Shown here piece by piece: positions 12,258 to 25,869 of a stretch of 64,000 bases of DNA. The position numbers and the translations under genes were made by a program. The stretch is from positions 9,176,001 through 9,240,000 of the forward strand of contig JAQFVV010000002.1 of assembly GCA_028023455.1 (NCBI GenBank), read 5' to 3'. The stretch is from Epiperipatus broadwayi (Eukaryota > Animalia > Onychophora). A model generated the notes under the pieces. It saw only the letters and a program-made list of their open reading frames with translations, had not been told where the DNA came from and did no database searches. Numbering within the stretch: position 1 is the first letter of the stretch; every line of letters starts with the position of its first letter.

Positions 12258-12939
12258 AAGCTATTTAATTAAGAAAAATAAACTAAAGTTTGGCAAATAA
12301 AAATATTTTAATTTAATACATATAACCTGTAAATGAAAAAAAGAACCTAGTATTACATAATTCAAAAAATATGAAAAAACAATTTTATTTTAATTTAATC
12401 TTAAAAATAAAGTTTTACTGATTTTTTATATATCATTATACAATATCTTTATATATTTTTTATTTATTTTGCAGACTGACATTAAATATTTGTTTATAAA
12501 CAATAACATCTGTCCACAAATCCTGATATGAATAAATAAATTAGTACAAAACATAATAAATACCACTTTATAAAATTGGCCACTAGATGCTGCATAAAGG
12601 ATTATCAATACGTCTTAATGAGAAGTAAATTTTTAGATTTAATTTCATTACTTTTAAGTTTTAAAAATTAAAAGATGCTAAGAGAAATTATCTATCCTTA
12701 TTAAAGAATTAACAAACAATAGGCATTTATTAAAGTTAAAATGAATCCTGGTCTTATATTATCAGTTATGGAACTTTTGCACATTAGATTTTTTCAAGAT
12801 AGTATTAAAATATGTCAGAAAATAGAAAAAAAAATATTAAGAAATTTTTTAGTATTAAATATAGAGATAATTTTCTGAATTTTTATCTTTAAATTCATCT
12901 ATTAACAGAATTTCTAATAAAAATTAAAAATAACCATTT

Positions 12940-13370
12940 TATATGATAAAAAAAATCAGATGCTCTTTCTACTTGTCACTTCTTAGTAATGCATAGAGAA
13001 TTTAAATCTTTGGATAAAACATGCTTTATTTGTCACAGGGAGGATGATACTATATCTCACATCTTTAACAGATGCATTGCTTTGCAAAATTGCAGAATCT
13101 TAATTCAATCATTATATCAAATAAAACACCCACTGTTCCTCACTCTTATGAATGGCATCTCAACAGGTGAGTATGCGATTATTAGAAGTGCTGCTTTTAT
13201 TACATGCAGTTTGTAGTTGGTTAGATGTACACTCCAATTTGACATGAATGTATCTGATCCTCAACAAATTTTTATTGAAAAACTAAAATTAATAAAGAAA
13301 AGAGATATGAGTTTAGTGCCTCATATAACTTACAATGCAACATGGAATCTTATAAATTTATAGTGAATAT
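12940..13370 (+). mobile_element. 3' remnant of an L1/Tx1-like LINE
   Basis: CFICHREDDTISHIFNRC zinc knuckle followed by an A-rich end. Confidence 0.6.
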
Positions 13371-13637
13371 AATCATCAAATAAAATATTTGTATATAAAA
13401 AAAATGAAATAACTACAGGATTTTTGCTCTTACTAATAATTAAAGAGTCAACAAACTTTCTGGGAACAACTGTACAAATGGTATTTCAGTTTCATTGAAT
13501 TATATTTATTAGTAATAATAACAGAAATAAAGATATTTCTCTTTTTTAAAAAAAAGATTGTCCGATTGTAAAAAAGCATTGTATAAAGTAATAAATAAAA
13601 TTTCTTTAGAAAAAAAAAACACAATATAATAAATAAG

Positions 13638-13693
13638 TAAGCATTTATTTTATATAGCGTCTGTATACACACGCTATATAAAATAAATGCTTA
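13638..13693. repeat. Perfect 23-bp-arm hairpin
   Basis: taagcatttattttatatagcgt - 10-nt loop ctgtatacac - acgctatataaaataaatgctta. Confidence 0.92.
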
Positions 13694-15567
13694 TTTACAT
13701 ATGATTAAGTTTCAGTTGTAATGACGTTTAATAAATTCTAGACAATTTCATCAACGTCATTCATTCAGACATTGTATAGAGTAATTGAAAGTGACTGTTC
13801 TATCGTCACACTTTCTTTGCCAGTACTTCAGATTTGCTCATATATAAATATTTGAGTCATAGGAATAAGAGGATTCCTTTTTATTCCTGCATAAATACTA
13901 TATCTTGTATTGGTGAGAATGTATTCATTTATTATTAACATTCGCAAAGCGTTTGCACAATTAGCTTGAAAGGCTGATATTCGAATGTAAATATAATAAA
14001 TAGAAAAATTGATATAAAAATATTTTTACTATTTGTACTCATTTTCATACCTTACAAGTAATACCTTATATTTTAAGATCTGGTTGCTTCTAAATGATAA
14101 TGTGAGATGCATAACACAGTATAAGTATTAAATATAATTAAAGACTATGAATAATGCTTTATTTTAATAAAGTTAGCTCTTTTAGATATGGGATAAGTAT
14201 TCACAGTGCGACCATTTTGACAAGATTATGCATGTACTGCTTTTACTTTTAAAAAATGTGTATATTTGTTCATACAAAAAAGTTATTGTAAAAATAGAAA
14301 CCTCAAGTTTTCACATAAAGATTGAAAATGTAATATAATTTACAAATGAAGAAAGTTTGAATAAATATAGATAATGGTGAAATTATTTTGTCTCTGAATA
14401 ATGATAATATGATATATATTTTTATAAAAGATTACACTTTAATAATATTATTGATGAACAGTGAAATCAATCCATTGTTATGATTGATTTTATGGTGCCA
14501 ATGAATGATAACTTGGCTTGTAAAACTTTCAAGATTTGTATAGACTTTAAATGAATGAATTTTATAAAAAAAAAAAGTGTAAATTGAAAAAAAGAAAGTA
14601 AAGATGTCAGCCCTTCAAGTAAAACTAGAAAAGTAATCTATCTTGTATTACTTTTGTCATTTTTAATGTTAAAAAAGAACTCGATCATATAAAAAATATA
14701 TAAGGAGATTAAATATTATATAGCTCCTTAAATCATATAATTATAATGACTTAAATTAAGATATGATATATGTGGCCACTTTCACTAATATTACATAGAT
14801 TGATGGCACTTTAGCATCTGTATTAGACCTTTTATTATTAGACTTTTTGATACTTCATCTATCAAACCAGTTGTGAGATGAAGTGGCAAAAAATATTTTA
14901 ATATAAAAATACATATAGCAAACATATAAGATTATTTTATTTAACTTAATTTTGGCCTTTCATATAATTAAAACAAATTTATTCAATAAAATTAGTAAGG
15001 GAAAAAAAATTTTTTTTTAATTGAAAGCAAATTGTTACTTAATTAAAAAAAAAAAATCAATATTTATTGTCTATATTTGTTTAAATAAGCTTTGAAATGA
15101 GCTAAATTATTTATTTAAGAAAATAAATTCTATTTCCGATAATCAATAATTGCAAATAGAATAAAAAAAAACTTTTTCAACATCATATTTAAATTGGTTA
15201 AACAATAATAAACGAATTTATCTTAAAATACATATAGATTCTTTATTACTATTATTACCAATATATTGTAATTTCTTTAATATTTTATTCTTATTTTGAA
15301 ACTAAATACATGAAATATTGTAATGAATCTTTATGAAACATAATAATATACAGGTCAATAGATAAGGTGTTGCTGAACGCTATTTTCTGTGTTCTAAAAT
15401 GCTCATATCTAGAGAAGTTTAATTAGTAATGGATATTTAGAAAAAAAAAATCAAAATAATATAAAACTAAAGTTTACAATGTAACATCACTGATAAATGC
15501 TAAAACATAATGAAGTATTTGTATATATATATAGTGTATTTAAATGGACAAGATCTTATATATATAT

Positions 15568-16373
15568 ATAATTATAAATTATATGTCTTTTATACTTCAG
15601 AAAAAGTAAGGAAAATATATTAGAGGAATATATTTTTTTTATATCATTAACTGATAATGAACGTTTGGGTACAGTAATTTAAGAAAAGTGACCATTGTAT
15701 AATTAAATAAGATAGAGAGTAAAAAGGTTTAATTAATGATTAATTTTGCATAGGATTTAACAATAGAAAATATTTATGTAATATGTGATAAGAAAATGAT
15801 GTTTGGAAAATGCCAAGAACTTTTTGCTAATTACAAATATTTCTTTGCTACAATAGAAGTGGAACTGATTAATTAAAAACACCAAGACAGAATACAAAAC
15901 TGATAACAATTTAGTATAAATCCAGGATTGCTGGAGACATCATTCTCATTTCAATAGAGTTACCAAGTTAATTGTTGGTGGGAGAATTTAATGAAAAGTG
16001 GTCAAAAGAAGCTTAAGTATGAGATAGCATTCTTGTGTGGAAATAGTGTGATTGTAAGCAGCAACTGAACAAAACCCAAGAATTCCATTAGTTGGAGGAG
16101 TCAAGCCAAAGTGTTTTAGAAATTGGGGCCAAAGAAAACTATCCAGAAAGCAGCAAGTTCTTATGTGGGCCATGGAAATTGAACCATAAGTGAATTATTA
16201 TTGTGTTAGAGTGCAATATTTCATTTTGAACCATAAGTGAATTATTACTGTGTTAGAGTACAACAATAACTTTTCATTATTAATAATATTTCATTATTAT
16301 CCAGTCCTTATATAAATTTCATTTATTGATTTATTTGTTGGTATTTGAAGTGCCGGCATTTGAATATCCAACA
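15568..16373 (+). repeat. 5' LTR of Gypsy element 1
   Basis: Aligns with 19745-20461 and ends ..ccaaca. Carries an internal duplication of about 48 bp (ttgaaccataagtgaattatt..) and an extra segment absent from the 3' LTR. Confidence 0.88.
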
Positions 16374-19300
16374 AGTTGGCACCGTCACCATCTCGAACCA
16401 TGAATAGTGATTAAGTCATGCAGAATTAACACAGGTCAATACAGGAATTAGATTGTTACAGCTGCAGCAATTAGAAACAAAGTAATAGAAGCAAGAATAC
16501 AGATACAAGAAATAGTACAGATAAAAAGGTTAGGCAAGGAGATAGGAACAAAAGTAAAAAACTGGTATGGGAAGGTTAAAGATAGAACAAAAAATGTAGA
16601 AGGGAAACTACGGATCACACCAAATCACGACATAAAAGAAATGAAGAACACTATCAAAGATAAGACAAACTAAGTTATGCACAATTGATAGCACTGGCAA
16701 TGTTAATAAAGCAAACAAAAATGGAAAAAATAAGTTTATGCTACAAGTCTACGTTGGCAACAAAAAAATAGTCATGGAAATTGACAGCAGGTATTGGAGG
16801 AGATTGTACAGATATTGAAATGTGTAAAACATCTATCAGGATTGTAGATGTAATCAGAAGCAAGTTAAGAATAGTAGACTATGTGATAGTCCCTACAAAA
16901 TATTTAAATAAATCAGCTAACTTGCCTCTATATATAGTACAAAAAAGACAGTTCACTAATAGGGCAAGACTGGTTTAGAGAAATAGGAATCAATATTAAC
17001 ATAAATGCAGTCACCAACTCATCAATAGAACAAGAGATATGACAAATTTTCGCAGAATTATTCACAAAAGAACTAGGCATGATAAAATCAAACCCAATAC
17101 ACATTGAATTAGTGAAAAAAAGGCAACCCCATCATTTATAAAGTCAGAAAAATACCGGTAGCCCAAAGAGAAAAAGTAGAAAAAATCAGAGTGCTAATTA
17201 AAGAAGGTGTACTTACAAAAGTAGAATCTTGGAGTGGGCAACATTGATAGTAGTTATTACTAAACCAAATGGCCAAATTAGAATCTGTAGAGACTACAGT
17301 CACGGTTAATAAAATACTTAACTAAAAGTGCATATCCCATGCTTAATGCAAGGGAAGTGCTGGCTGGATTAATAAATGACAAATATTTTACAAAATTATA
17401 TCTAAATGTTGCTTGTCACCAGATCGAGCTGGCAGAAAGAACAACTAATATATTAATGTTAACAACACCTTTCAGCCTTTTTAGATACAGCAAACTTCCT
17501 TTTGGGACTTTAACAGCCCCTAATTTTTTTCAAGTGAAAATAGATCATATATTAAACAGACTAACTGGAGTGATGCTTTATTATGATAATGTACAAATCA
17601 CAGCAGCATCAGTAAAAGATTTAAAAGACAGGTTAAAGGAAGTCTGCAAAAGACTTAAGTAGATCAATGATTAAACTCAATGAAGATAAATATGTGTGGC
17701 AAACACAAGAGTTAGTTTTCTTAGGCCACTTCATTTTGGACAAGGGGAAAAAACTTGTCCAGAGAAAGTTAAGGCAGTAAAAAATAGATAAACTGGAAAA
17801 TGTTAAACAGTTACAAGCATTTCTGGGTCTAGTTAATTTTTTTGAGCTGTTCCTAGAAAATAAAGTAATGGCAGCTAAACCATTACATGATTTACTAAAG
17901 AAATACAGAAAATGGCAATGGACACAAAGACATGATGATGAAGCATTCAAGACGACAAAAGCACTATTAACATGAGACAGGCTTTTAGTCCATTTCAACA
18001 ATGGCAAAGACCTCAAAATAATGGCTGATGTACATCTGAATATGAGATGGGAATAGTGTTATGCACACCAATGAAAAGTGCAAAAGACTGGTAACCTATA
18101 CATTATGTACACTTTCTAAAGCAGAAAAAAATTATAGAAAAAGAAGCACTGGCTATAGTTTTTGCATTAAAAAAATTTCACGATGATATATGGGGTAAAA
18201 ATTTTAGAACATTCATAGACCATAAATTATTACTCAGAATTCTGTCACATGATAAATTAGCACCAGCATACAATTACTGATTAAACTACAAAAAGGAAAG
18301 ACAGATATCGCATGCAGATGCACTGTCAAGATGCCCAGATAAATGTGAACCAATAAACACAAAAATAGAGGTAATTTACGTAGACAAAATAAATTCCAAA
18401 TATAGTAAACAGTAAGGTGGCCAAATAAGAAATCATAGGATACTAACTGTTTATAAAGTGGATACAGGAAGGCTGGGAAAATGCAAAACTAAATTTTCTG
18501 GCTCAGTTGGTTTTGGCTTAACAGGGAAAAACTATCAGTATGGGAGATAAAATGAAAATACTGCCCACGGGATGAAAGGCAATTTTAGATTAGTGCATAA
18601 AGGTCACTCAGGAGTGATGAGAACAAAAGCTTTAGCATGCAGCTACATCTGGTGGCAAATATAAATACTGATATTGAAAAATGCATTAAAATATGTGCTG
18701 AGTGTCAAACAGAGATGGTACTGCCACCAAAAATGTATATACCATGGGCAAGGATAATGAGACCATGGGAGAGATTATACATAGATCATATGGTTCCTAT
18801 CACAGGGAAATTGATTCTGATAATAGTAGATGTCTATTCAAAGTAGTCAGAATGCCACAAAGTAAGAAACACTAGAGCAGAATAAACAATTAAGTGTTTT
18901 AACAACCTTTATGTGATACTTGGATTACCAGAGACTATAGTCTCTGGCCACCTGACATGTTTCACTGGATACATGTTGAAGCAATATTTTAGTTTTAATG
19001 GAATTCAGCATATCAGAACTTCCACACACTATCCACCATCCAACAGTCTGATAGAGAAAGTCATCCAACAAATCAAAAAAGGATCGAGAAAAAGTAATAG
19101 CAGAAATCTTAAACACACTTTACAGGAGGAGATAATGCTGTGGAAACATGCAATGTCTTGCACAGTGACTGAACGCACACCAGCATAACTACTAATGGAA
19201 GGAAATTAAGAATCAAGCTACCATTAAACCACCCAAAACAAAATAGATTATGACAAAATGAGACTAATACTTATGAAAAGGCAAAGCTCAAAACAGAAAC

Positions 19301-19744
19301 AGCGGTCTGGATAAGAAACATGCCAAGAAAGATGTAGATAAAGAAAACAGTTGAGAAAATATTGTCCATCCATATTGTGATAATTAGAGGAGAAAACAAT
19401 TCAAAATTCAAATGCCATGAAAATCATGTCAGGATTTGTGAAATAACAAAAGCGTATGATTTTGGATCTAATGAAAACAGGAGCAGAAATAAAAAGAAAT
19501 GGCCCTAAGATAGACATTCAAGGTAGTGACAACACAATAAAAGATAGCACATGGAAAAAAAGAAATGCTCAAATGCAGACAGAGGAAGAGGTTTTATTGA
19601 AATGGGAGGGAATATCACCCAGGCTGAAGCAGGAGATGTGAATGCCTAGCAGACTACAAGATTACATCTAAGAAACCTAAACATGGATTTTTTCTGGAGT
19701 TAGGGGAGGTCTTGGGTTTCTAAAAATATTTACATTGCAATTCA

Positions 19745-20461
19745 ATAATTATAAATTATGTCTTTTGTACTCTAGAAAAAGTAAGGGAAATATATTAGAG
19801 GAATATTTTTTTTTAGATCACTAACTGATAAGAGTAAAGTTAATGAACATTTGGGTAAAGTAATTTAAGAAAAGTGAACATTATATAATTAAATCAGATA
19901 CAAAGTAAAAAGGTTTAATCTAATTACAAATATTTCTTTGATACAGTATAAGTGGAACTGATAATTAAAAATACCAAGAGAAAAACAAAACTGATAACAA
20001 TCAAGCATGAATTCAAGATTGCCAGAAGCCAAATGATGTGAATAAATAGTGTGTGTATCAAAGTATATCATTCTCATTCCAGGTAGAGTTACTAAGTCAA
20101 TTGTTGGCAGGAGATTTTAATGAACAGTGGTTGAAAAAAGCTTAAGTGATAGGAGTAGCTTTCTTGTGTGAAGGCAGTATGATTGTAAGCAGCAGCTAAA
20201 TGAAGCCAAATAACTCCATTAGTTTGAAGAGTCAAGCCAAAGTGTTTTGGAAACTAGGGCCAAAAGAAACTGTCCAGAAAACAGCAAATTGTTACAAGCA
20301 TCATGGGAATTGAACCATAAGTGAATTATATATACTGTATTGGAGTGCAACAATAACTTCACTATTAATAATATTTCATCATTATCCAGTCCTTATCTAA
20401 ATTTCATTTATTAATTTATTTGTTGGTATTCAGAGTTATCTGCATTCAAATACACAATACA
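19745..20461 (+). repeat. 3' LTR of Gypsy element 1
   Basis: Diverged direct copy of 15568-16373. Confidence 0.88.
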
Positions 20462-20464
20462 CAC

Positions 20465-21060
20465 AAATATAAATCAATTGCATAACTCTATCTGAAAATT
20501 CAAATATAATAGTCACTGCTTCTTCATAAATAAATAAAATTCAGTAATGCTACTTGTGAAACAAATACAAAGTATGAATAAAACAACATATAAGTAAAAA
20601 GAATTGCTTACCTATTCACTGCAAAGATATTATGTTGAAATTCAGAGTAGTTTACACAGGAAGCACAAAAGTAAATTAGCATAGATCTTGATGCCGAAAC
20701 ATTAACACATATCATGTTATTTATACAAAGCATGATTAATCAATAATCATTTTAAAACTTTGAAAAACTCCCAAACACAACTATATAAGAAATAAATCAA
20801 TTGCACAATGCTAACTGAAAATTCAAATATAGTAAAATCATAACTTCCTAATAACAAATAAAATTCAGCAGTGCTATATGTGAAACAAAGTCTGAATAAA
20901 AATATCATAGGTAACCTCTTACCTATTCACTGCAAAGATGATATGCATATGAAAATTCAGATTACTTTACACAGGAAACATAAAACTAATTAGCTCAGGT
21001 CTTAATAGCTAATAAACGAATATATATCCTGTTGCATATACAAGGCAAGATTAATCATTT
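20465..21060. repeat. Diverged tandem duplication of about 320 bp
   Basis: aaatcaattgca..ctgaaaattcaaatata..aataaaattcag..cttacctattcactgcaaagat..tttacacaggaa..gattaatca occurs at about 20465-20750 and 20790-21060. Confidence 0.85.
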
Positions 21061-21949
21061 TATGCTCTGCGACTTACAGTATTAAAATTTTAATTTAAAT
21101 ATTATATATATCTTCATACAGAAGCATAAAACTATTACATTGCAAAATATGAAATAAAATTTAATATAATTTTTAATATCAAAATGCAAAAGAATAAAAA
21201 AAACATTTCTGTGAAATAATTATCTGTCCCATAAATTAAAAAAAGATAAAAACTAATAATTCATTCATAGAAAGTAAATATATTTTTGTTGAAAGCTTTG
21301 CTTAACTAAATTTACTACGTAATTGCTTTGTATTTTAATCAATTTCTAATATATTCAAAAACCTCATATAAGGAAAACTTATCTGCAGATTTTTTTTTGT
21401 CCTATCAAATTGAATAACTATTTGAGAATTTATGAAAACCATAGGAATTACAATTAACATTTACTTGTATATTTTTATTATATATTATCATTTGTATGTA
21501 TATATATATTTTCTATGCTGTTACTTTTTTTATGCATGTATATATTTTTGTTGAAAAAATGTGTGGGACTTCGAGATAAATGATGTTAGTTAAAAGAGAT
21601 CGATTGGAAATTAATTATTTCCTTAAGTAAAGTAGTTGAAAATATTTGGAATTAAGATAGATATGATTGTACTGTTACATGAGAAAAATAAAAGACATAT
21701 AAAATGCAATTAGTGAATGAATATCCAGTTTTAAATACAAGATGGTTATCAAATATAGTGGGTGAATTTATCACAAAATGAAAATAGTAAGCATTACTTT
21801 ATATCTATACCAATATTAAAAAGATTTTTCAAAACTTATTTATATTTTATCTTGAATATATGGGTACTTTGCAAGTTTACTATATAAGCCATAGCTATAT
21901 ATTCTATTACTATCATTATCATAGGCAATATATGCAAACCAAAAATATG

Positions 21950-22760
21950 ATTTTTTTATAATAATTTTATTAATTATAGAAAATTATCAAAGGTCATTTA
22001 TAGAAGAGACTATCAGAAATTTATGAAAGATATGGAGAATAAAATTGTGGCTAATGCTTTTTGGTTGTTAATTAAGAATTTGGATGTCACTATGATGATT
22101 TTTTCAATATTTTTCAGAACTCTCTGTGCAACCACAATATTATAATGACCATAGTTTGAACTATGGGAATGTAAGAAAAAGTATTTCACTCAATAAATTA
22201 TAGAATATAATATTGTAGCAGCCATTCTACATCGTAATTTGAATCCCAGTCTGGATCCAGATAATATCACTTTGATTTAAGATAGTACTAAATATAACAT
22301 CTTAACCTCTTTGTCATATTCTCAATTGTTCTATAGTAAATTCTACTTTACGCACATCACTAAAAATTTCTAAAGTCATACCTATTTTTAAAAGTAGAGA
22401 TAAAGGATAAGGTCAGTAATTATAGGTCCATTTTAATCTTGCACACTATTGCAAGGGCATTTGAAAGATTCATTTACAATAAAGTAATACATGATATCAG
22501 GAAATTATTGGCACCTGAGCAACATTGTTTAGTGCCAAATAAATCAATAGAAACAAATTGCATCACTATATGTGAAACATTGCACATGCAATTAATGAAC
22601 AGGATGGATTGGATGTTATCTATTTTGATATGTCTAAAGTCTTTGATAAAGTTGATAATAACATTCTTCTTACTAAACTACATAATCTTAGTCTAGCACA
22701 TAATCTAATTTGCTGGTTGAATTCTTTATAAAAATTAGAACAGCTTTTGTTAAGTTTAAT
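21950..22760 (+). mobile_element. Decayed CR1-clade LINE RT fragment
   Basis: SKVIPIFKSRDK..SNYRSILIL..ARAFERFIY..EQH..DVIYFDMSKVFDKV..LLTKL. Confidence 0.8.
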
Positions 22761-24230
22761 GGCTGAGTATCATCTCAGTATTGTTGTTATCTTGGAATTC
22801 CTCAGGATAGTATTTTGGCTCTTTTTAATATATGTATTGGAGCATTGGTATAGCTGGATGGGAAGCCTTCTAGGCACATGGTGGTGGAGTAATTGAGTGA
22901 TGAATCTGTCATTGTTGATATAGATTAGACTATCATCCATTTTTGCCTTCTTAGATGCGTGAGGCTGCTTGGGGCATCCTGGTCTTTTAATCTCTGAGTA
23001 GGGATGACAATCACTGGAAGGCATGGGATCAGCCTTTTAAAATCTGAGCAGTGGTTTTGTTGATAGAAATGTTTGAAATAGTTATTGTATTGGTTTGGTG
23101 AGTTTTGATGGAGGGTAGGTTAGTATAAAAAAGTGGCTGCTAGGGGCTGGTGTTACTTTACTTGTGCATTGGAGGTGGTGTGAGCTTTGTGCCATTAGCT
23201 GTGAAATCACAGTGAGGTGCTTTCATCTGGAGGGATGGTCATGGGAGTATTGTGAGGTGGGTATTAGTATTGGTATGATCAATGTTATTGGACCTGGTTG
23301 AACTGTGATCATTGTTAGCATTATGAGTGAGATCACATTGATTATCCAAGCCATTGGGTTGTTCAAATTGTATACCTTGTATGTGCATGCAATTTGTTGT
23401 GAATGATCACACGGACTCCATAAATAGCACTGGGGCACCTTCTGATTCAGAATATGGATGGGAATGGCATTCAGGTAGTTGGAGTTTAAACTCATAACTA
23501 TTGCTGAAAATCTTGTATGTTATAATTAAGGTAGGTATTTTTCAGCACCCAGTAATGAGATTTTGTCAATTTTAGTCAACTGGAATTATGGCAAAGTTGC
23601 CCAGCATTTTGACCTGAGTGTGAAATCAGTTTTTTGATTTGTATCAAAAAATTCTATGGCTATATATTTAGGGTTAGTGTGGTAAGCAATGTAAAGGATG
23701 GTTTCTCATAATCCATCCACTTCATAGAGTAACTGTCAAGGAAAGTGATATAAAAAATAGTTAATGTCTATAGCTGGTATATTGATGGGTTTGTTGCAAA
23801 TAGTCTTTATGGTATAGTACTGTTAAATTTTTCACAAGAGATTAGCATATCAGACATCCTCACCATGAATGATGGTTACTATCTTGGAGTTTTGAGATCT
23901 AAATTTCTAATATCATTTTTCCAGAAATATGGAAATGGCTTAATTGATGAACTTGTAATTTTTTTGTTGTTGCTGAGATGGGAATTATATTAACGTAGAT
24001 GGCTCTGTGAGTCAATGAAAAAACATGATATAATTTAGTGCCAGTCACTTGGTCAGGCCATTGTTTGGGAAACATTTTGGTTAATTTTTTTAACAAAGTG
24101 AAAACTAATTGATTTGGAGAACTTATTGGTGTAAATTGGAAGAATTTTAATAAGAATGTGTAGACTATAAGTATTTTGTTTGAAGATTTAGCTGGTATAA
24201 AAATTATTTTGAGATTTGAAGGTTAAAACT
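22760..24230 (-). mobile_element. Decayed LINE fragment (probable APE endonuclease/linker) opposed to the CR1 fragment
   Basis: A/C-rich minus strand with broken coding-like frames and an LGNFA (LGDFN-like) motif; family uncertain. Confidence 0.42.
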
Positions 24231-25394
24231 TGTCAAGGTAGCAATACCAATGTTTGCTGTGGGATTACTATAATATTAATAATAATAATTAATAATAATA
24301 GTAAATGTATATATTAGATTAAATATATCAGCTAATGAGCTGGATATATTTTATCTTCATGTGAAGATTTTTAATTAATATAATAAAAATATCCTCATTA
24401 CTTATAACTTTAATTTCTGAACTATTATTTGGTGATGCTATTTCTCAAGACACTTCATAATCTTCTAAGGCAACAGAATGTCACAACTTTGTAGTTTATT
24501 AAAGCTTAGGTAATATAATTTCCATTTATAATTCTCATGGACACACTTTGAATTACATTCTATGTAATTTGCCTCATCTTGATTATATTCATTCTTTTTC
24601 TACAATATTTCATATTGTTACCTATCATTCTCCAATTGAATTTTATATTAAATATGGTATGTTAGACAAAAATTATCTCATAAAATGAAAAGATTATAAA
24701 AAAGAAAATTACAATGATTTTTATGTTCATGTGCATTAGCTTATTGGTTTATTTGTATTACAGTTTATAAAAACATTGTGCTATATAAATAAATGTCTTG
24801 TTTGCATAAACATTATAATAAAACTAATAATGTTCTATATTATAATAGTTTTAAAAATTATATAAGGTTGCCAAAGGTTTTATATAAATAAGAGTTTCTG
24901 GTACTTTGGTATTAGAGGTGCAACATAGGGGAATTAGGAGGTCTTTTCACACACCCAATAAATGTGTAATGTTGCAATGATGTCAAATTGAAAGGAAATA
25001 AACCTTGGGAGTATACATTTGGAATCGTGTTTTTATTTTTATCAATGTGATCTTTTTTTTGTAATACTTCAACATTTTCAGTTCTGCCACAACTTAATGA
25101 TATAAAAAAAATGGTTCCACCAGGATAAAAACCTAATAAAAGTATCATAATTAATATGTATTTTTTTTTTTGTGGTTTTTGTTCTTTTTTTGGTTTAAGT
25201 TGTTTATAAAAAAACTATGTTTATTAGCATTTCTGTTGAAAATCCCAGCATGCTTTGCAATCACATGCTACATTTTTGGGGGAAAATTTTTAGTAGAGAT
25301 CTCCAATTTCTGTTAATATTAAATGTTTTGTTTCCAGACGACAATTTCTGTTACATGGTAAATATCATATGAGTATACATAATGTGTTTTTATA

Positions 25395-25790
25395 AATATT
25401 ATTTAAAAACCAAAATCATTTACTGTTTGTTTATAACAATTTTTGTGTAATGGCATCATTTCATTAAGATTGCAAATCACTTTTTTTTTTTATTGGAAAT
25501 GTCATTCTTAAAAGTTATTATTGTGAATGTCGTATGTATAGTTAATGTCTTTTTATAAATATGATATGTATAGTTAATGTCTTTTTATAAATATGATATG
25601 TATAGTTAATGTCTTTTTATAAATATGATTTAAAAACCAAAATAATTTACTATTTGTTTAGTGTATATTTAAACTAACAATTTTTTTTGTGTAATGTCAT
25701 CATTTCATTAAGATTGCAAGTCACTTTTTATTTTATTTCAAATGTCGTTCTTTAAAGTTGTTAGTGTCCAAGTCGTACATATTTGAATGT
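25395..25790. repeat. Local duplication of about 230 bp enclosing a 32-bp x3 minisatellite
   Basis: gtatagttaatgtctttttataaatatgatat starts at 25536, 25568 and 25600. Flanking blocks ttaaaaaccaaaat..catcatttcattaagattgcaa are duplicated. Confidence 0.85.
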
Positions 25791-25869
25791 CTTGTTCAAA
25801 ATCATACATTTCTTATTGAAAATGATAAGTATGTTTATTATGTTTATACTTTTAGCTATTTTTAGTCCT

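Larger units (their letters stand above)
15568..20461 (+). mobile_element. Full-length but decayed Gypsy LTR retrotransposon (Mag-like)
   Basis: Direct LTRs at about 15568-16373 and 19745-20461. TGG-starting PBS-like sequence tggcaccgtcacc after the 5' LTR. RT (KPNGQIRIC.., LPFG..AP..FQ), RNase H, integrase H..H/CAEC zinc motif and RPWERLYIDH..IIVDVYSK core; terminal PSRLQDYI; purine tract agttaggggagg near 19700. Confidence 0.92.

Noticed and set aside
22118-22170. Plus-strand exon candidate (tttttcag..GGAAT/gtaaga)
   Set aside because: Lies within a colinear CR1 ORF2 remnant.
24912-25148. 78-aa minus-strand ORF
   Set aside because: No recognisable domain; unsupported.
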